From NCBI GenBank assembly GCA_016213365.1, contig JACRAP010000015.1:1-63007 (forward strand): a stretch of 63,007 nt of DNA, read 5' to 3'. Made by a program: the position numbers and the translations under genes. Shown in pieces: positions 40,933 through 50,056 of this stretch. Within the stretch, counting starts at the first letter, position 1. Each line of letters begins with the position of its first letter. The notes below the pieces were generated by a model, which saw nothing but the letters and a program-made list of their open reading frames with translations, did not search any database and was not told the DNA's origin. This DNA comes from Candidatus Berkelbacteria bacterium. GTDB taxonomy: Bacteria > Patescibacteriota > UBA1384 > 2-12-FULL-50-11.

Positions 40933-41942
40933 TATTTATTGACAACGTTAATTGGGTCGTTATCTAGTAGTCCGATGATATTATCGACAGTTGTATGGAT
41001 AATATTTCGAAGCGATTCTTTACTGTTAAAGGCGTTATGTGGCGTAACTAAAACTCGCTCGTCGCGCATCAGGGCGTGATTTGCCAGCGCCGTTTGAAAA
41101 TCAGTTTTATCGAAATAGCTTGAAAAAAATTGTTTTTCTTCTTTTAGTAATCCTTCGTCGTCGAGCACATCAATACCAGCTTGTGCAACAATGCCGATAT
41201 TTAGTGCGTCGATTAGCGCTTGGGCGTCGATAAGAGCGCCTCTAGCAGTGTTTAGAATTACAACACCTTTTTTCATCTGCTCGAACTGTTCTTTACCTAT
41301 TAAATGCCTGGTTCCATCTGCTAGTGGCACGTGCAACGTTATAACGTCGCTTAAATGAAACAATTGCGGCATCGAAACGTATTCAACGCCGAGTTTTTCG
41401 AGTTCTGGGTTTGGGTGCGGATCGTAGGCGACAACGCGCATACTTAATCCCAGCGTGGCTTTTGCTACTAACGTTCCAATTTTACCGGTTCCGATAATTC
41501 CGATTGTTTTACCGGCTAAGTCCCAACCAGTTAGGCCTTGATATTCGTAAATGCCTTCGCGTGTTCGCTCAACTGACGGCACAATTTTACGCGACAGCGC
41601 CAAAAGTAGGGCGATAGTGTGTTCGGCAACGGTATTGGGTCCGTAGGCAGGAACATTACAGACAGTAATGTTTTTATTCTCGGCTTCGTTTAAGCCGATA
41701 TGATCGGTGCCAACCGACATCGTGGCGATACCTTTTAGGCCCTTGAGTTGGTCAAGCGTTTTATCGGATAAATCAGAGTAAATAAAACTGGTAATAATAT
41801 CGGCATCCTTAGCTTCGTCTAGGTTATTTTGGGTTAAGCGGTGTTGGTAAAAAGTCAATTCGGCTTTTCCAGATAGATAATGCGAAAAAATCTCCTGCTC
41901 CCACTTCTCTACCTCAAAAAAACAGACTTTTTTGCCCTCCAT
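40932..41942 (-). CDS. D-isomer-specific 2-hydroxyacid (lactate-type) dehydrogenase
   Basis: 336 aa with the Rossmann motif GIIGTGKIG and the pattern ..LHVPL..TRH. Confidence 0.85.
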   Translation of the reverse strand: MEGKKVCFFEVEKWEQEIFSHYLSGKAELTFYQHRLTQNNLDEAKDADIITSFIYSDLSDKTLDQLKGLKGIATMSVGTDHIGLNEAENKNITVCNVPAYGPNTVAEHTIALLLALSRKIVPSVERTREGIYEYQGLTGWDLAGKTIGIIGTGKIGTLVAKATLGLSMRVVAYDPHPNPELEKLGVEYVSMPQLFHLSDVITLHVPLADGTRHLIGKEQFEQMKKGVVILNTARGALIDAQALIDALNIGIVAQAGIDVLDDEGLLKEEKQFFSSYFDKTDFQTALANHALMRDERVLVTPHNAFNSKESLRNIIHTTVDNIIGLLDNDPINVVNK

Positions 41943-42076
41943 ATAAATACAATACTGGAAAATTTAACGCCGCGAAAGTTGAACTTGATAATAGATTATG
42001 AGAATATACCCTTGAAATATTACCCTGTAAGTTAACATTTTATTCATTTTGGGGAGAAATCCACAGGAGGAAGCAC

Positions 42077-42442
42077 ATGGCAGAAAATTCTGATCCTAAT
42101 GCGAGTCTCGAGCGAGCGCTAAGTGAAATACATGAAGAGAAAACCTGGTTCGAGACTGACGCTAATGGGACAAAGTGGTTAGTTCAACATACGCCATCAA
42201 GACCACACCTTGGCACGGGACGTCGTTTTGAAGAGAAAACAATTCGAACGGAGCAACCGCCCGAAGTAGAATCCTATCAGTGCGGGAACTGTGGACATAA
42301 TCAGTTCCAACCACTCTACAAAACCATTCCACCATATCGGAACACAACTACCAATGAGAAGATCGTTGGTTACGAGTGCCCAAGCTGTTCAGCCCGGTTC
42401 GGAGATCCGAGAAAGTTCAGCAAAAACCGAATCGACGGCTAA
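42077..42442 (+). CDS. hypothetical zinc-ribbon protein
   Basis: 121 aa with CGNC..(28)..CPSC and a strong SD, CAGGAGGAAG. GC and codon use are richer than in neighbouring genes. Confidence 0.55.
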   Translation: MAENSDPNASLERALSEIHEEKTWFETDANGTKWLVQHTPSRPHLGTGRRFEEKTIRTEQPPEVESYQCGNCGHNQFQPLYKTIPPYRNTTTNEKIVGYECPSCSARFGDPRKFSKNRIDG

Positions 42443-42446
42443 CCCA

Positions 42447-42469
42447 AGAGGACGCCCCGAGCGTCCTCT
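42447..42469 (+). terminator. 9-bp perfect hairpin directly after the ORF stop
   Basis: AGAGGACGC, CCCGA loop, GCGTCCTCT. No U tract follows. Confidence 0.35.
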
Positions 42470-42491
42470 ACTCCCCAAAGTGAATAATTGC

Positions 42492-42519
42492 AAAAAACCG
42501 GGCCGAAGCCCGGTTTTTT
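42492..42519. terminator. bidirectional intrinsic terminator
   Basis: AAAAAA, CCGGGC, CGAA loop, GCCCGG, TTTTTT. Confidence 0.75.
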
Positions 42520-42750
42520 GCAAAAGGTTGAGGTGAACCTGTTTTTTGAGACACGGACATCAAGTGGGGTGATCGTCCACGTGCTTCTCTGAACTTTGAG
42601 ATAGCTGCGTTCGTCTCATTAGTAACAATCTAAATATTGTCGCAATGTATTGCATTAGCAATTATCACTAAATTTTCGCACTTGTATCGTAAAATTTAGC
42701 TAACTCCACAAACGTAAAGCGCGCTTTACAAATTTTTTGCGCTTGAGATA

Positions 42751-43551
42751 ATGTCAAAGATGCAAAAAAATATTATTGAAGTAAAAAAGATCTCAAAAAC
42801 CTACACCGGCGACGTAAAAGCGGTAAAGAATGTAAGTTTTGAGGTTAAAGAAGGCGAATTCTTTGGTTTTCTTGGTCCAAACGGCGCTGGTAAATCGACC
42901 ACAATGAATATGCTGGTCAATTTAGTTAAAAAAACTAGCGGAAAAATTTTAATTGACGGAATCGATTTAGACGAAAATCCTGACGAAATTTACAAGCGCG
43001 TCGGGTTTGCGATGCAAGAAGTGGGCTTAGACGAAGTTGCTACCGCCCGCGAAATGCTCCAGCTTCACGGCCGACTATATCATATGCCAAAAGCCGATAT
43101 CGACGAGCAGATCAAAAAATTACTAAAACTAGTTGAACTAGAAAAAGTAGCCGATAAATTTACTTCAACATATTCCGGTGGCATGCGCCGAAGGTTTGAT
43201 TTAGCACTTTCGTTGATCCACAAACCAAAAATTCTATTTCTAGACGAACCAACTCAGGGTCTCGATCCGCACGCACGGCAGTTAATTTGGGGTCATATTA
43301 AGCAACTCAATAAAGAAGGGATGACGATTTTCCTAACAACTCACTTTATGGACGAAGCTGAAAATCTGTGCGAACGAATCGCCATCATGGATAAAGGTCA
43401 GATTGTAACCATGGGTAGTCCAGAACAATTAAAGAAAAAACACCATGCCAAAAATCTCGAAGAAGTTTTCCTAAAAACGACTGGAAGTAATTTGGGCAAC
43501 GAAGAAATTAATAAAAACGCGGCCGACCCGTATACTAGAGCAAGAGGATAA
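42751..43551 (+). CDS. ABC transporter ATP-binding protein (ABC-2/DrrA-like)
   Basis: Contains GPNGAGKST, YSGGMRRR and LFLDEP. The start may instead be ATG 42760. Confidence 0.9.
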   Translation: MSKMQKNIIEVKKISKTYTGDVKAVKNVSFEVKEGEFFGFLGPNGAGKSTTMNMLVNLVKKTSGKILIDGIDLDENPDEIYKRVGFAMQEVGLDEVATAREMLQLHGRLYHMPKADIDEQIKKLLKLVELEKVADKFTSTYSGGMRRRFDLALSLIHKPKILFLDEPTQGLDPHARQLIWGHIKQLNKEGMTIFLTTHFMDEAENLCERIAIMDKGQIVTMGSPEQLKKKHHAKNLEEVFLKTTGSNLGNEEINKNAADPYTRARG

Positions 43552-44319
43552 ATGAATACATTTTTCAGCGATTGGTTTTATTTGTCAATTCGTAACATTA
43601 AGCTAATTTGGCGACCGCTACTGGCACTTCTACCGCCGTTTTTTATGCCGATCTTCTTTTTCGCCGTTAACTCATTATCGCTTTCTAGCTTTGCTAAAGT
43701 CCCTGGATTTCCCGATGTTTCCTACAAGGATTTTATCGCTCCAGTGGCAATTTTTACGGCGATTTTTTTCTCTGCTGGTAACGCCGGAATCGAGTTAGTT
43801 CAAGATATTCAAAGTGGCTACTTTAAAAAGTTAATTATTATGCCGATCAATCGTTTGTCGATTGTGCTTGCGAAGCTAACCGAAATTGCCGTTCAGTCGA
43901 TCGGTCAAGGAATTATTATGCTAGTACTACTGCTTATTTGGGGCGTAAAAATTCAAGCCGGTTTTACTGGTGTGCTGGCAATTTTTGGAATGTTGATTTT
44001 ATTTGCGATGGCGTGGAGCTGTATCGGTATGATTAGCGCACTTCGAACTCAAAACGCTCGACTGGTTCAATCACTGTTTATTTTAGTTTTTCCACTACTA
44101 TACTTAACAACCTCGCAATCGCCGCGCGAACTATTGCCAACAACCTTTGCAACAATTACCGATTACAATCCGGTTACTTATATTATCGAAGGAATTAGAG
44201 CTTTAATATTAAATGGATGGGGTAGTAGCGATATTACCTACGGATTCTTGGCCGCCGCTGGAATGTTTGTAGTGTTAGTATCTTTAACCCTTATGTCGTT
44301 CAAAAAAGCTTTGAAATAG
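43552..44319 (+). CDS. ABC-2 type transporter permease
   Basis: 255 aa with about six TM segments, adjacent to the ATPase gene. Confidence 0.8.
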   Translation: MNTFFSDWFYLSIRNIKLIWRPLLALLPPFFMPIFFFAVNSLSLSSFAKVPGFPDVSYKDFIAPVAIFTAIFFSAGNAGIELVQDIQSGYFKKLIIMPINRLSIVLAKLTEIAVQSIGQGIIMLVLLLIWGVKIQAGFTGVLAIFGMLILFAMAWSCIGMISALRTQNARLVQSLFILVFPLLYLTTSQSPRELLPTTFATITDYNPVTYIIEGIRALILNGWGSSDITYGFLAAAGMFVVLVSLTLMSFKKALK

Positions 44320-44374
44320 GAGACGGTATTGATTTATTCATATACTTCATATACTTTTTGTTTAGTATTTTGAA

Positions 44375-44827
44375 ATGATATTACAAAATACTAAATCCAG
44401 TTCATTTCTTAATTTTGGCAAGAATAATCCAAGACCTACTTATAAATACTGTTCAAATAAATGTCAACAAACTTACCAGTACAAGCATTATATAAAAATA
44501 TGGAAACTTGGAGAGGTTACTGGACTTCAAGGTCACGGAGTAGTCTCGAGATATATAAAGAAATTTTTAAGGATTAAATACTCAAATAGGTGCTGTCTGT
44601 GCGGATGGTCAAAATTAAATCCAATCACAAAATTAGTTCCGCTCGTAGCCGATCACATAGATGGTAATTGGAAAAATAATACCGAGTCAAACTTAAGACT
44701 TATCTGCCCAAATTGTGACTCATTAAGTGCTACCTATGCAGGCCTAAACAGGTCTCGAGGACGCCCAGATAGAATAGTGAGTAACAGAGCAAAAAGTGGT
44801 AAAATTATTTCCATACTGCCGGAGTAA
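44375..44827 (+). CDS. HNH endonuclease
   Basis: 150 aa with CCLCGW..ADHIDGNWKNN..NLRLICPNCD. It is AT-rich relative to its neighbours, and its last 10 nt overlap tRNA-Thr. Confidence 0.8.
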   Translation: MILQNTKSSSFLNFGKNNPRPTYKYCSNKCQQTYQYKHYIKIWKLGEVTGLQGHGVVSRYIKKFLRIKYSNRCCLCGWSKLNPITKLVPLVADHIDGNWKNNTESNLRLICPNCDSLSATYAGLNRSRGRPDRIVSNRAKSGKIISILPE

Positions 44828-44892
44828 CTCAGGGGTAGAGTAGCTGTTTCGTAAACAGCAAGTCGCGGGTTCGAATCCCGCCTTCGGCTCCA
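44818..44892 (+). tRNA. tRNA-Thr (anticodon CGT), CCA encoded
   Basis: Cloverleaf folded by hand. Acceptor GCCGGAG/CTTCGGC, D arm ACTC/GAGT, anticodon arm GCTGT-TTCGTAA-ACAGC, T arm GCGGG-TTCGAAT-CCCGC, then T-CCA. Confidence 0.9.
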
Positions 44893-45096
44893 ATGATTTA
44901 CGACCAATCTCAAATTGTAACTATCAGCTACACAAATTACCGTGGGGAAAAATCTGATAGACGAATCGTGCCGCTAAAAATATGGTTTGGTTCTAACGAG
45001 TACCACAAAGATAATCAGTGGCTACTAGATGCTTTTGATATAACAAAAGACGCTATCCGTTCGTTTGCGGTAAAAGATATTACCTCTTGGAAATAA
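44893..45096 (+). CDS. small WYL-domain-like protein (67 aa)
   Basis: ISYTNYRGEKSDRRIVPLKIWFG..NQWLLDAFD..AIRSFAVKDI fits the WYL-domain pattern. The ATG is the first base after the tRNA CCA. Confidence 0.45.
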   Translation: MIYDQSQIVTISYTNYRGEKSDRRIVPLKIWFGSNEYHKDNQWLLDAFDITKDAIRSFAVKDITSWK

Positions 45097-45111
45097 TAGG
45101 AGAACTTGAAA

Positions 45112-45819
45112 TTATTCGGACTTCTCTTCGGCAGGAGCTGATTCAGTAGCAGTTTCGCCACCCTCTGGTGTTTCTTCGTCCTCACCTGCTAATTCTTCAA
45201 CAGCGGCGGCTTCGGCTTCATTTACATCAGTTGCTAGTTCTGCCTCGAGCTCTTCTTCTGAGATTGGAGCGGCTACTAAGGCCAAGACTTCTTCAGGATC
45301 GTCTAATACTTCGATGGTGTCTGGTAGTTTTATATCGCCGACTTTAATTTGATCGTCGAACGTTGCAAGTACAGAAATATCTACCTCAACTCCAGAAATA
45401 AGATCGCCCGGTAAACACTTAATTTCGAGCTCGTTTTTATTAGAGATAAAGTTACCCTCTAGTTCTTCAACTGCTGGGGCAACGCCGATGTAGTGTATTG
45501 GAATAGCGGTTTCAATTTTCTCGGTCATTTTAACAGCGTATAAATCAGCGTGAACTGGGTTACTGGTTAAGTAGTGAGCTTGTGGTTCGTGGAAAAGGAC
45601 TTTAATTGGATCCTTGTCATCGATTTTCAAATCTACCAGCGTACTGGTTCCGGCTTCGCTGTAAGCGCGTCGAAATTCTTTTTCGTCGATAAATAAAGAT
45701 TTGGTGTCGGTTCCGTGTCCGTATAAAACTGCTGGAAGCAATCCTTTTAAGCGAAAGCGCTTCACCTTTTTTCCGGTTACTTCACGTGTTTGTGCGGCTA
45801 AATTTACTTTTTGTGTCAT
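45112..45819 (-). CDS. rplY: ribosomal protein L25/Ctc with an acidic C-terminal tail
   Basis: 235 aa with R...GKK..R.LR..G.LPAVLYG. Confidence 0.88.
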   Translation of the reverse strand: MTQKVNLAAQTREVTGKKVKRFRLKGLLPAVLYGHGTDTKSLFIDEKEFRRAYSEAGTSTLVDLKIDDKDPIKVLFHEPQAHYLTSNPVHADLYAVKMTEKIETAIPIHYIGVAPAVEELEGNFISNKNELEIKCLPGDLISGVEVDISVLATFDDQIKVGDIKLPDTIEVLDDPEEVLALVAAPISEEELEAELATDVNEAEAAAVEELAGEDEETPEGGETATESAPAEEKSE

Positions 45820-46100
45820 TTAATTAATTCCTCTAGGGATTGTGATACTTTGTCGATTTTTTTTGATGCGATTTTTACTAAACCGTCCGTAATCGGACCG
45901 GCCTTTAGCACTTCCTTGAGCGTTACTGGTAATAGTAAAACAACTGGGAAATGACCGCGCTGACAAACCACCGACAACTCTACTGTTGTTGGACTACTAC
46001 CGCCACGAACGTTGATGTCTTTTAATTCGAACCTGCGACTGCAGATTGGGCAGAAAAGATCACGCTGGGCTTGTCTTATTTCGTCCTGTAGAGAGCGCAT
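45816..46100 (-). CDS. hypothetical small Cys-containing protein
   Basis: 94 aa with CPIC..(30)..C..GH. It is coupled to rplY by an ATGA overlap. Confidence 0.45.
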   Translation of the reverse strand: MRSLQDEIRQAQRDLFCPICSRRFELKDINVRGGSSPTTVELSVVCQRGHFPVVLLLPVTLKEVLKAGPITDGLVKIASKKIDKVSQSLEELIK

Positions 46101-46145
46101 GAGTCTTCGTAATAATACCCCATAGCGAGTCGGATTGTCAATCTG

Positions 46146-46784
46146 TTAAACTGACTTCTTGTTGACGTTGCGCCATTTTTCGATTTCCCCGTGATGGCCA
46201 GTTAGTAAAACTTCCGGAACCTTGTTGCCCAAATACTCTTCCGGTCTGGTAAAATTCGGATAATCAGATAAATCTTGCTCAAAAGTTTCGTGGATTATCG
46301 ACTTATCGTTGCCTAGCACCCCAGGAATTAACCGAGTTACTGTGTCGATAACAGCAAGTGCCGCAATCTCACCACCGCTTAGAACAAATTTGCCAATCGA
46401 TAGCTTTAAATCAATATATTTTTCAATTCTAGCGTCAAATCCCTCGTAGCGACCGCATAAAATTACCATTTCATTTTTTTGACTGAAGTTTTTCGCCGTT
46501 TCTTGGTTGAATATCTCGCCGTCTGGACTAAGCATAATTCTAAGCGCCTTGTGGGTTGGATCAGCCGATTCGAGCGCTTTATGCGCAACATCAACCCTTA
46601 AGACCATCCCCGGACCGCCGCCGTACGGCGAATCGTCAACCGTTCCCCGATTATCAATCGCAAAATCCCTGATGTTTACAATTTTCAATTCCAACTGCCC
46701 CGATTTTTGAGCGCGCGAGGGAATCGAAAAATTTAAAGCATTTTCAACCATTTCTGGAAATAAGGTTAGTACCGTAATTTTCAT
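46146..46784 (-). CDS. trmD: tRNA (guanine37-N1)-methyltransferase
   Basis: MKITVLTLFPEM.., YGGGPGMVL. ATG 46784 is preferred over the GTG at 46799. Confidence 0.92.
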   Translation of the reverse strand: MKITVLTLFPEMVENALNFSIPSRAQKSGQLELKIVNIRDFAIDNRGTVDDSPYGGGPGMVLRVDVAHKALESADPTHKALRIMLSPDGEIFNQETAKNFSQKNEMVILCGRYEGFDARIEKYIDLKLSIGKFVLSGGEIAALAVIDTVTRLIPGVLGNDKSIIHETFEQDLSDYPNFTRPEEYLGNKVPEVLLTGHHGEIEKWRNVNKKSV

Positions 46785-46839
46785 AGCTAAATTATACACA
46801 AAAACAGCCCAAAAATCCGGACTGTCTTTGTAATTTCAC

Positions 46840-47169
46840 CTAAATAACGCTCGTTGCTTGCTCGGTTTTGTCTGATTTCTTTGGTTCTTCTGAAATTGAG
46901 ACTTCGCCGCCGCTTGGGTCAACGATTTTTAAGTTAATTCGAGCGTCGTTGCGTGCCCCAAATACTCGAAGTAGCGAACGAATTGATTTTGCGGTTCTAC
47001 CTTCGCGACCGATTACTTTGCCCATATCCGCTTGGTTAACGCTTAGCTGAATTAATACGCCCCGCTCGTCTAGCGTTCGACTCGTAACAACATCGGCCGG
47101 GTTATCGACAATCGGCTTAACGATGCTTTCTACGTATTCTTGATCACTCATTTCTGTTTGTGCTGTCAT
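46840..47169 (-). CDS. KH-domain RNA-binding protein (KhpA/YlqC-like) with a C-terminal extension
   Basis: GKVIGREGRTAKSIRSLL. Likely start ATG 47169 with SD AAGGAA. Confidence 0.8.
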   Translation of the reverse strand: MTAQTEMSDQEYVESIVKPIVDNPADVVTSRTLDERGVLIQLSVNQADMGKVIGREGRTAKSIRSLLRVFGARNDARINLKIVDPSGGEVSISEEPKKSDKTEQATSVI

Positions 47170-47256
47170 TCTTGATTCCTTAATTATTATCGGCACAGCT
47201 CGACCTTCAAACTGCAGTTGTAAAATTTGTACCAAACTCTAATTTAGTTGTAAATA

Positions 47257-49653
47257 CTAAAGATTATTAATCTCGATTGAACTACCGGCAGTTGAGTTGT
47301 TTTCTAAGATTAGCTTGGCGATTTGCGTTTCGAGTTTTTGTTTGATTACCCGATTTAATGCTCTGGCACCAAAAGACGGATCGTAACCTTCGATTGCGAG
47401 TTGGTCTATTACAGAATCACTCACACTAACATCAATACCTTTTTGTTCTTTAAGCAAAGTGATAATTTTACTCACTTGCAGCTTAACGATTTGGTTAATT
47501 TCGTCTTTTGTAAGTGGTAAATAGGTAATTACACCGTCAAATCGGTTCAAAAACTCTGGCGAGAAATTATTTGCTTTAATTACCACGTCAATTAATTGTT
47601 TTGAAATAACCTCTGCACTGACGTTATTATTTATAGACTCTCTAATATACTGCGAGCCGGCGTTGCTGGTTGCAATGATGATCGTATTTTTAAAATCGAG
47701 TACCTTGCCAAAATTGGTGGTGATCTTTCCTTCATCTAGTAGTCTAAGTAAGGCGTTTTTTACCATCTCGCTTGATTTTTCGATTTCATCAAGCAGTACA
47801 ACACTTGAAGGGTACTCACTAATCATTAGCGCAAGCGCCCCAGGATCTTGTGGTGAAACGCCTAACAACTTCTGTAGTCCGGTATTATCTGCATATTCAG
47901 CCATATCTAAGCGAACCATTTTCTCGCTACTGCCGAAATATATCTCACTTAGCGCTTTGGCGGTCTCGGTTTTACCGACTCCAGTTGGACCTAAAAACAA
48001 AAACGTACCGATCGGTCGATCCGAGTTATGTAGTCCTGAACGTGCCCGAATTAAAGCCGAGGCGATCTCTTTTATCGCAACATTTTGACCGACAACCCGT
48101 TCGTGTAATTTTGGTTCGAGATTTAAGAGTATTTCTTTATCCGCTTCGTTAACTGAAATTGGAACATCACTTATCTCTCCGACAATTTCTTGTACTCTTT
48201 TGCTATTTATTACCGTTTCGCCGCTTTGACTGGCGCTAACGGCTAATTTTTCGGCTAAACGAATCTCTCGCTCGGGTGAGTATTGATCGCTTAAATACCT
48301 GTTTGACAATTCAACGATCGATTTAATTGCTTCAAATAAAAAGAAAACTTTGTGGGCATTCTCAAATCGATGCACCTGATTTAGTAAAATAGTAACTCTG
48401 TCAGAGATTTCCGGCATCGGCAATTCTAAGCTGGGTAAGGCGGCTGCGAGTTGCGGATCCGATCCAACCGTTTTGGTATAGTTTTGTCTATTGGTTGCGC
48501 CAACAATTCTAACGGCTGGGTTTTGAAAATAAGGAATAAATACGGATTGAAGATTGATGGTGCCCTTTTGCTCTGATTTATCTAATAATAGGTGAATATC
48601 GTCGATAAAAATTACCGTTTTTTGATTTTTTATTATTTCGCCAAAAATAATCGAGACTAATTGCTCGGCTTCGGCTTTACTGGTAATCGAACTGATAAAT
48701 TTCGCTGTTTCAAATACTCGCACACTAAATCCGTCTAGGGCGGTTTTAGTTTGAAAATGAATAATTTTATCCGCTAAATGATAAAAAATTTCAGTCTTAC
48801 CAACGCCCGGATTGCCGGTAATAACTACGCTGTTTGTTTGACCGCGATTTAACTCTAAAACCAATTTATCCAAAAAGCTGTTGCGTTTTAGGATCGGGTT
48901 ATTTTCAGTGTAGTTACCGATACTTTCCGGAATTTCAGTTGTAAACCGGTCTAAAATATTTGTATAACTACTGGCTAATTCCTTACCGATTCCGCCGTTT
49001 GGAATAAATTGCGTTTGTCGATATTTTTGTTCGTCTATTTCGATGTAATGCTTGATAAGTAAATTTAAGTCGCTTTGTGAGATATTTTCTTTATCTAAAA
49101 CGATCTTTAAGTGTGGCATTGAAAAAATCGCCCCCAGAAAAACAAAGCTGGAAATCAAACTTCCCTCGGCGTAAGTTGCGCTAAGTAAGGTGATTTGTTT
49201 TATCTCTTCCTCGGTCGGCGTAGCTTGTGGAAAATACGAGCTGATAGTGCCCCTGGTTAACCCAAATCGCATTAAAAAGTCGCTTACCAGCACATTTTTT
49301 GTTGCTTCACGCCATAGCGCCTTCCAGCCCTTAGTTCGTAAAACCAATAACATCGCCAATGAAGGGTAATCGAAATTATTTTCAAGTTGTGAGCGTTCAG
49401 GGGCGGTAATTAAATAACCTGGATTTTTCTTTAGATAATTTACGTATTCTTGAAGCGAATAAAACACCGCCATCGGCGAGAGTAAGCTAAACGCAAGCGC
49501 TACAATCGTTTTATCAAGCGGCGCAATAAAACTGTAAAAAATAATTAGAAACGCACCGATACCAAAAGCGTAACTAGTAATTTTTAATAAACCAACGATT
49601 GGATTCTCAAAGGATCTAATAAAGTTTAATCGACTTATTTGAATAGAAGTCAT
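47257..49653 (-). CDS. membrane-anchored Clp/Hsp100-type double AAA+ ATPase
   Basis: N-terminal TM helices. D1 has GNPGVGKTE and Walker B FIDDIH (Asp instead of Glu). D2 has GPTGVGKTETAKAL and LLDEIEK. The start overlaps the upstream stop as ATGA. Confidence 0.8.
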   Translation of the reverse strand: MTSIQISRLNFIRSFENPIVGLLKITSYAFGIGAFLIIFYSFIAPLDKTIVALAFSLLSPMAVFYSLQEYVNYLKKNPGYLITAPERSQLENNFDYPSLAMLLVLRTKGWKALWREATKNVLVSDFLMRFGLTRGTISSYFPQATPTEEEIKQITLLSATYAEGSLISSFVFLGAIFSMPHLKIVLDKENISQSDLNLLIKHYIEIDEQKYRQTQFIPNGGIGKELASSYTNILDRFTTEIPESIGNYTENNPILKRNSFLDKLVLELNRGQTNSVVITGNPGVGKTEIFYHLADKIIHFQTKTALDGFSVRVFETAKFISSITSKAEAEQLVSIIFGEIIKNQKTVIFIDDIHLLLDKSEQKGTINLQSVFIPYFQNPAVRIVGATNRQNYTKTVGSDPQLAAALPSLELPMPEISDRVTILLNQVHRFENAHKVFFLFEAIKSIVELSNRYLSDQYSPEREIRLAEKLAVSASQSGETVINSKRVQEIVGEISDVPISVNEADKEILLNLEPKLHERVVGQNVAIKEIASALIRARSGLHNSDRPIGTFLFLGPTGVGKTETAKALSEIYFGSSEKMVRLDMAEYADNTGLQKLLGVSPQDPGALALMISEYPSSVVLLDEIEKSSEMVKNALLRLLDEGKITTNFGKVLDFKNTIIIATSNAGSQYIRESINNNVSAEVISKQLIDVVIKANNFSPEFLNRFDGVITYLPLTKDEINQIVKLQVSKIITLLKEQKGIDVSVSDSVIDQLAIEGYDPSFGARALNRVIKQKLETQIAKLILENNSTAGSSIEINNL

Positions 49654-50003
49654 TGAAGCACTCCAATTACTGGTAACGCAATAACAAGTAAGGGCATCAT
49701 CGCCCAAATCGCCAACCATAGGCAGTTAAATACACTCAAAACACCTACAACTGTACTTCCAGCGATAATTATTGCCAGTCTAATCCAAAAACCGACGAAA
49801 CGGCTGATTAACCCCTCTTTGAGCTGTTGAATTTGTGCCGTAACGCCACCAGAGTAAGAATCAACATCGTTTTTATACGGCGAAAACAATGTCGCAGTTA
49901 ATAACGACAACGAAAAGAAGTCTGAAAAATACAAAACCCTGCGTTTAAAACGCTTAATCTGGTCTTCAAAACCGGCGCCGTACCACCACTTAAAAAATAA
50001 CAC
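49650..50003 (-). CDS. small integral membrane protein coupled to the AAA+ gene
   Basis: 117 aa with a GTG start behind SD AGGAGGG, an FKWWYG N-terminus and two or three TM segments. Confidence 0.6.
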   Translation of the reverse strand: MLFFKWWYGAGFEDQIKRFKRRVLYFSDFFSLSLLTATLFSPYKNDVDSYSGGVTAQIQQLKEGLISRFVGFWIRLAIIIAGSTVVGVLSVFNCLWLAIWAMMPLLVIALPVIGVLQ

Positions 50004-50056
50004 TAATCCCTCCTAATATTAGTATAGAGTTAGATACGGTTATTTAGCAACCGAAT

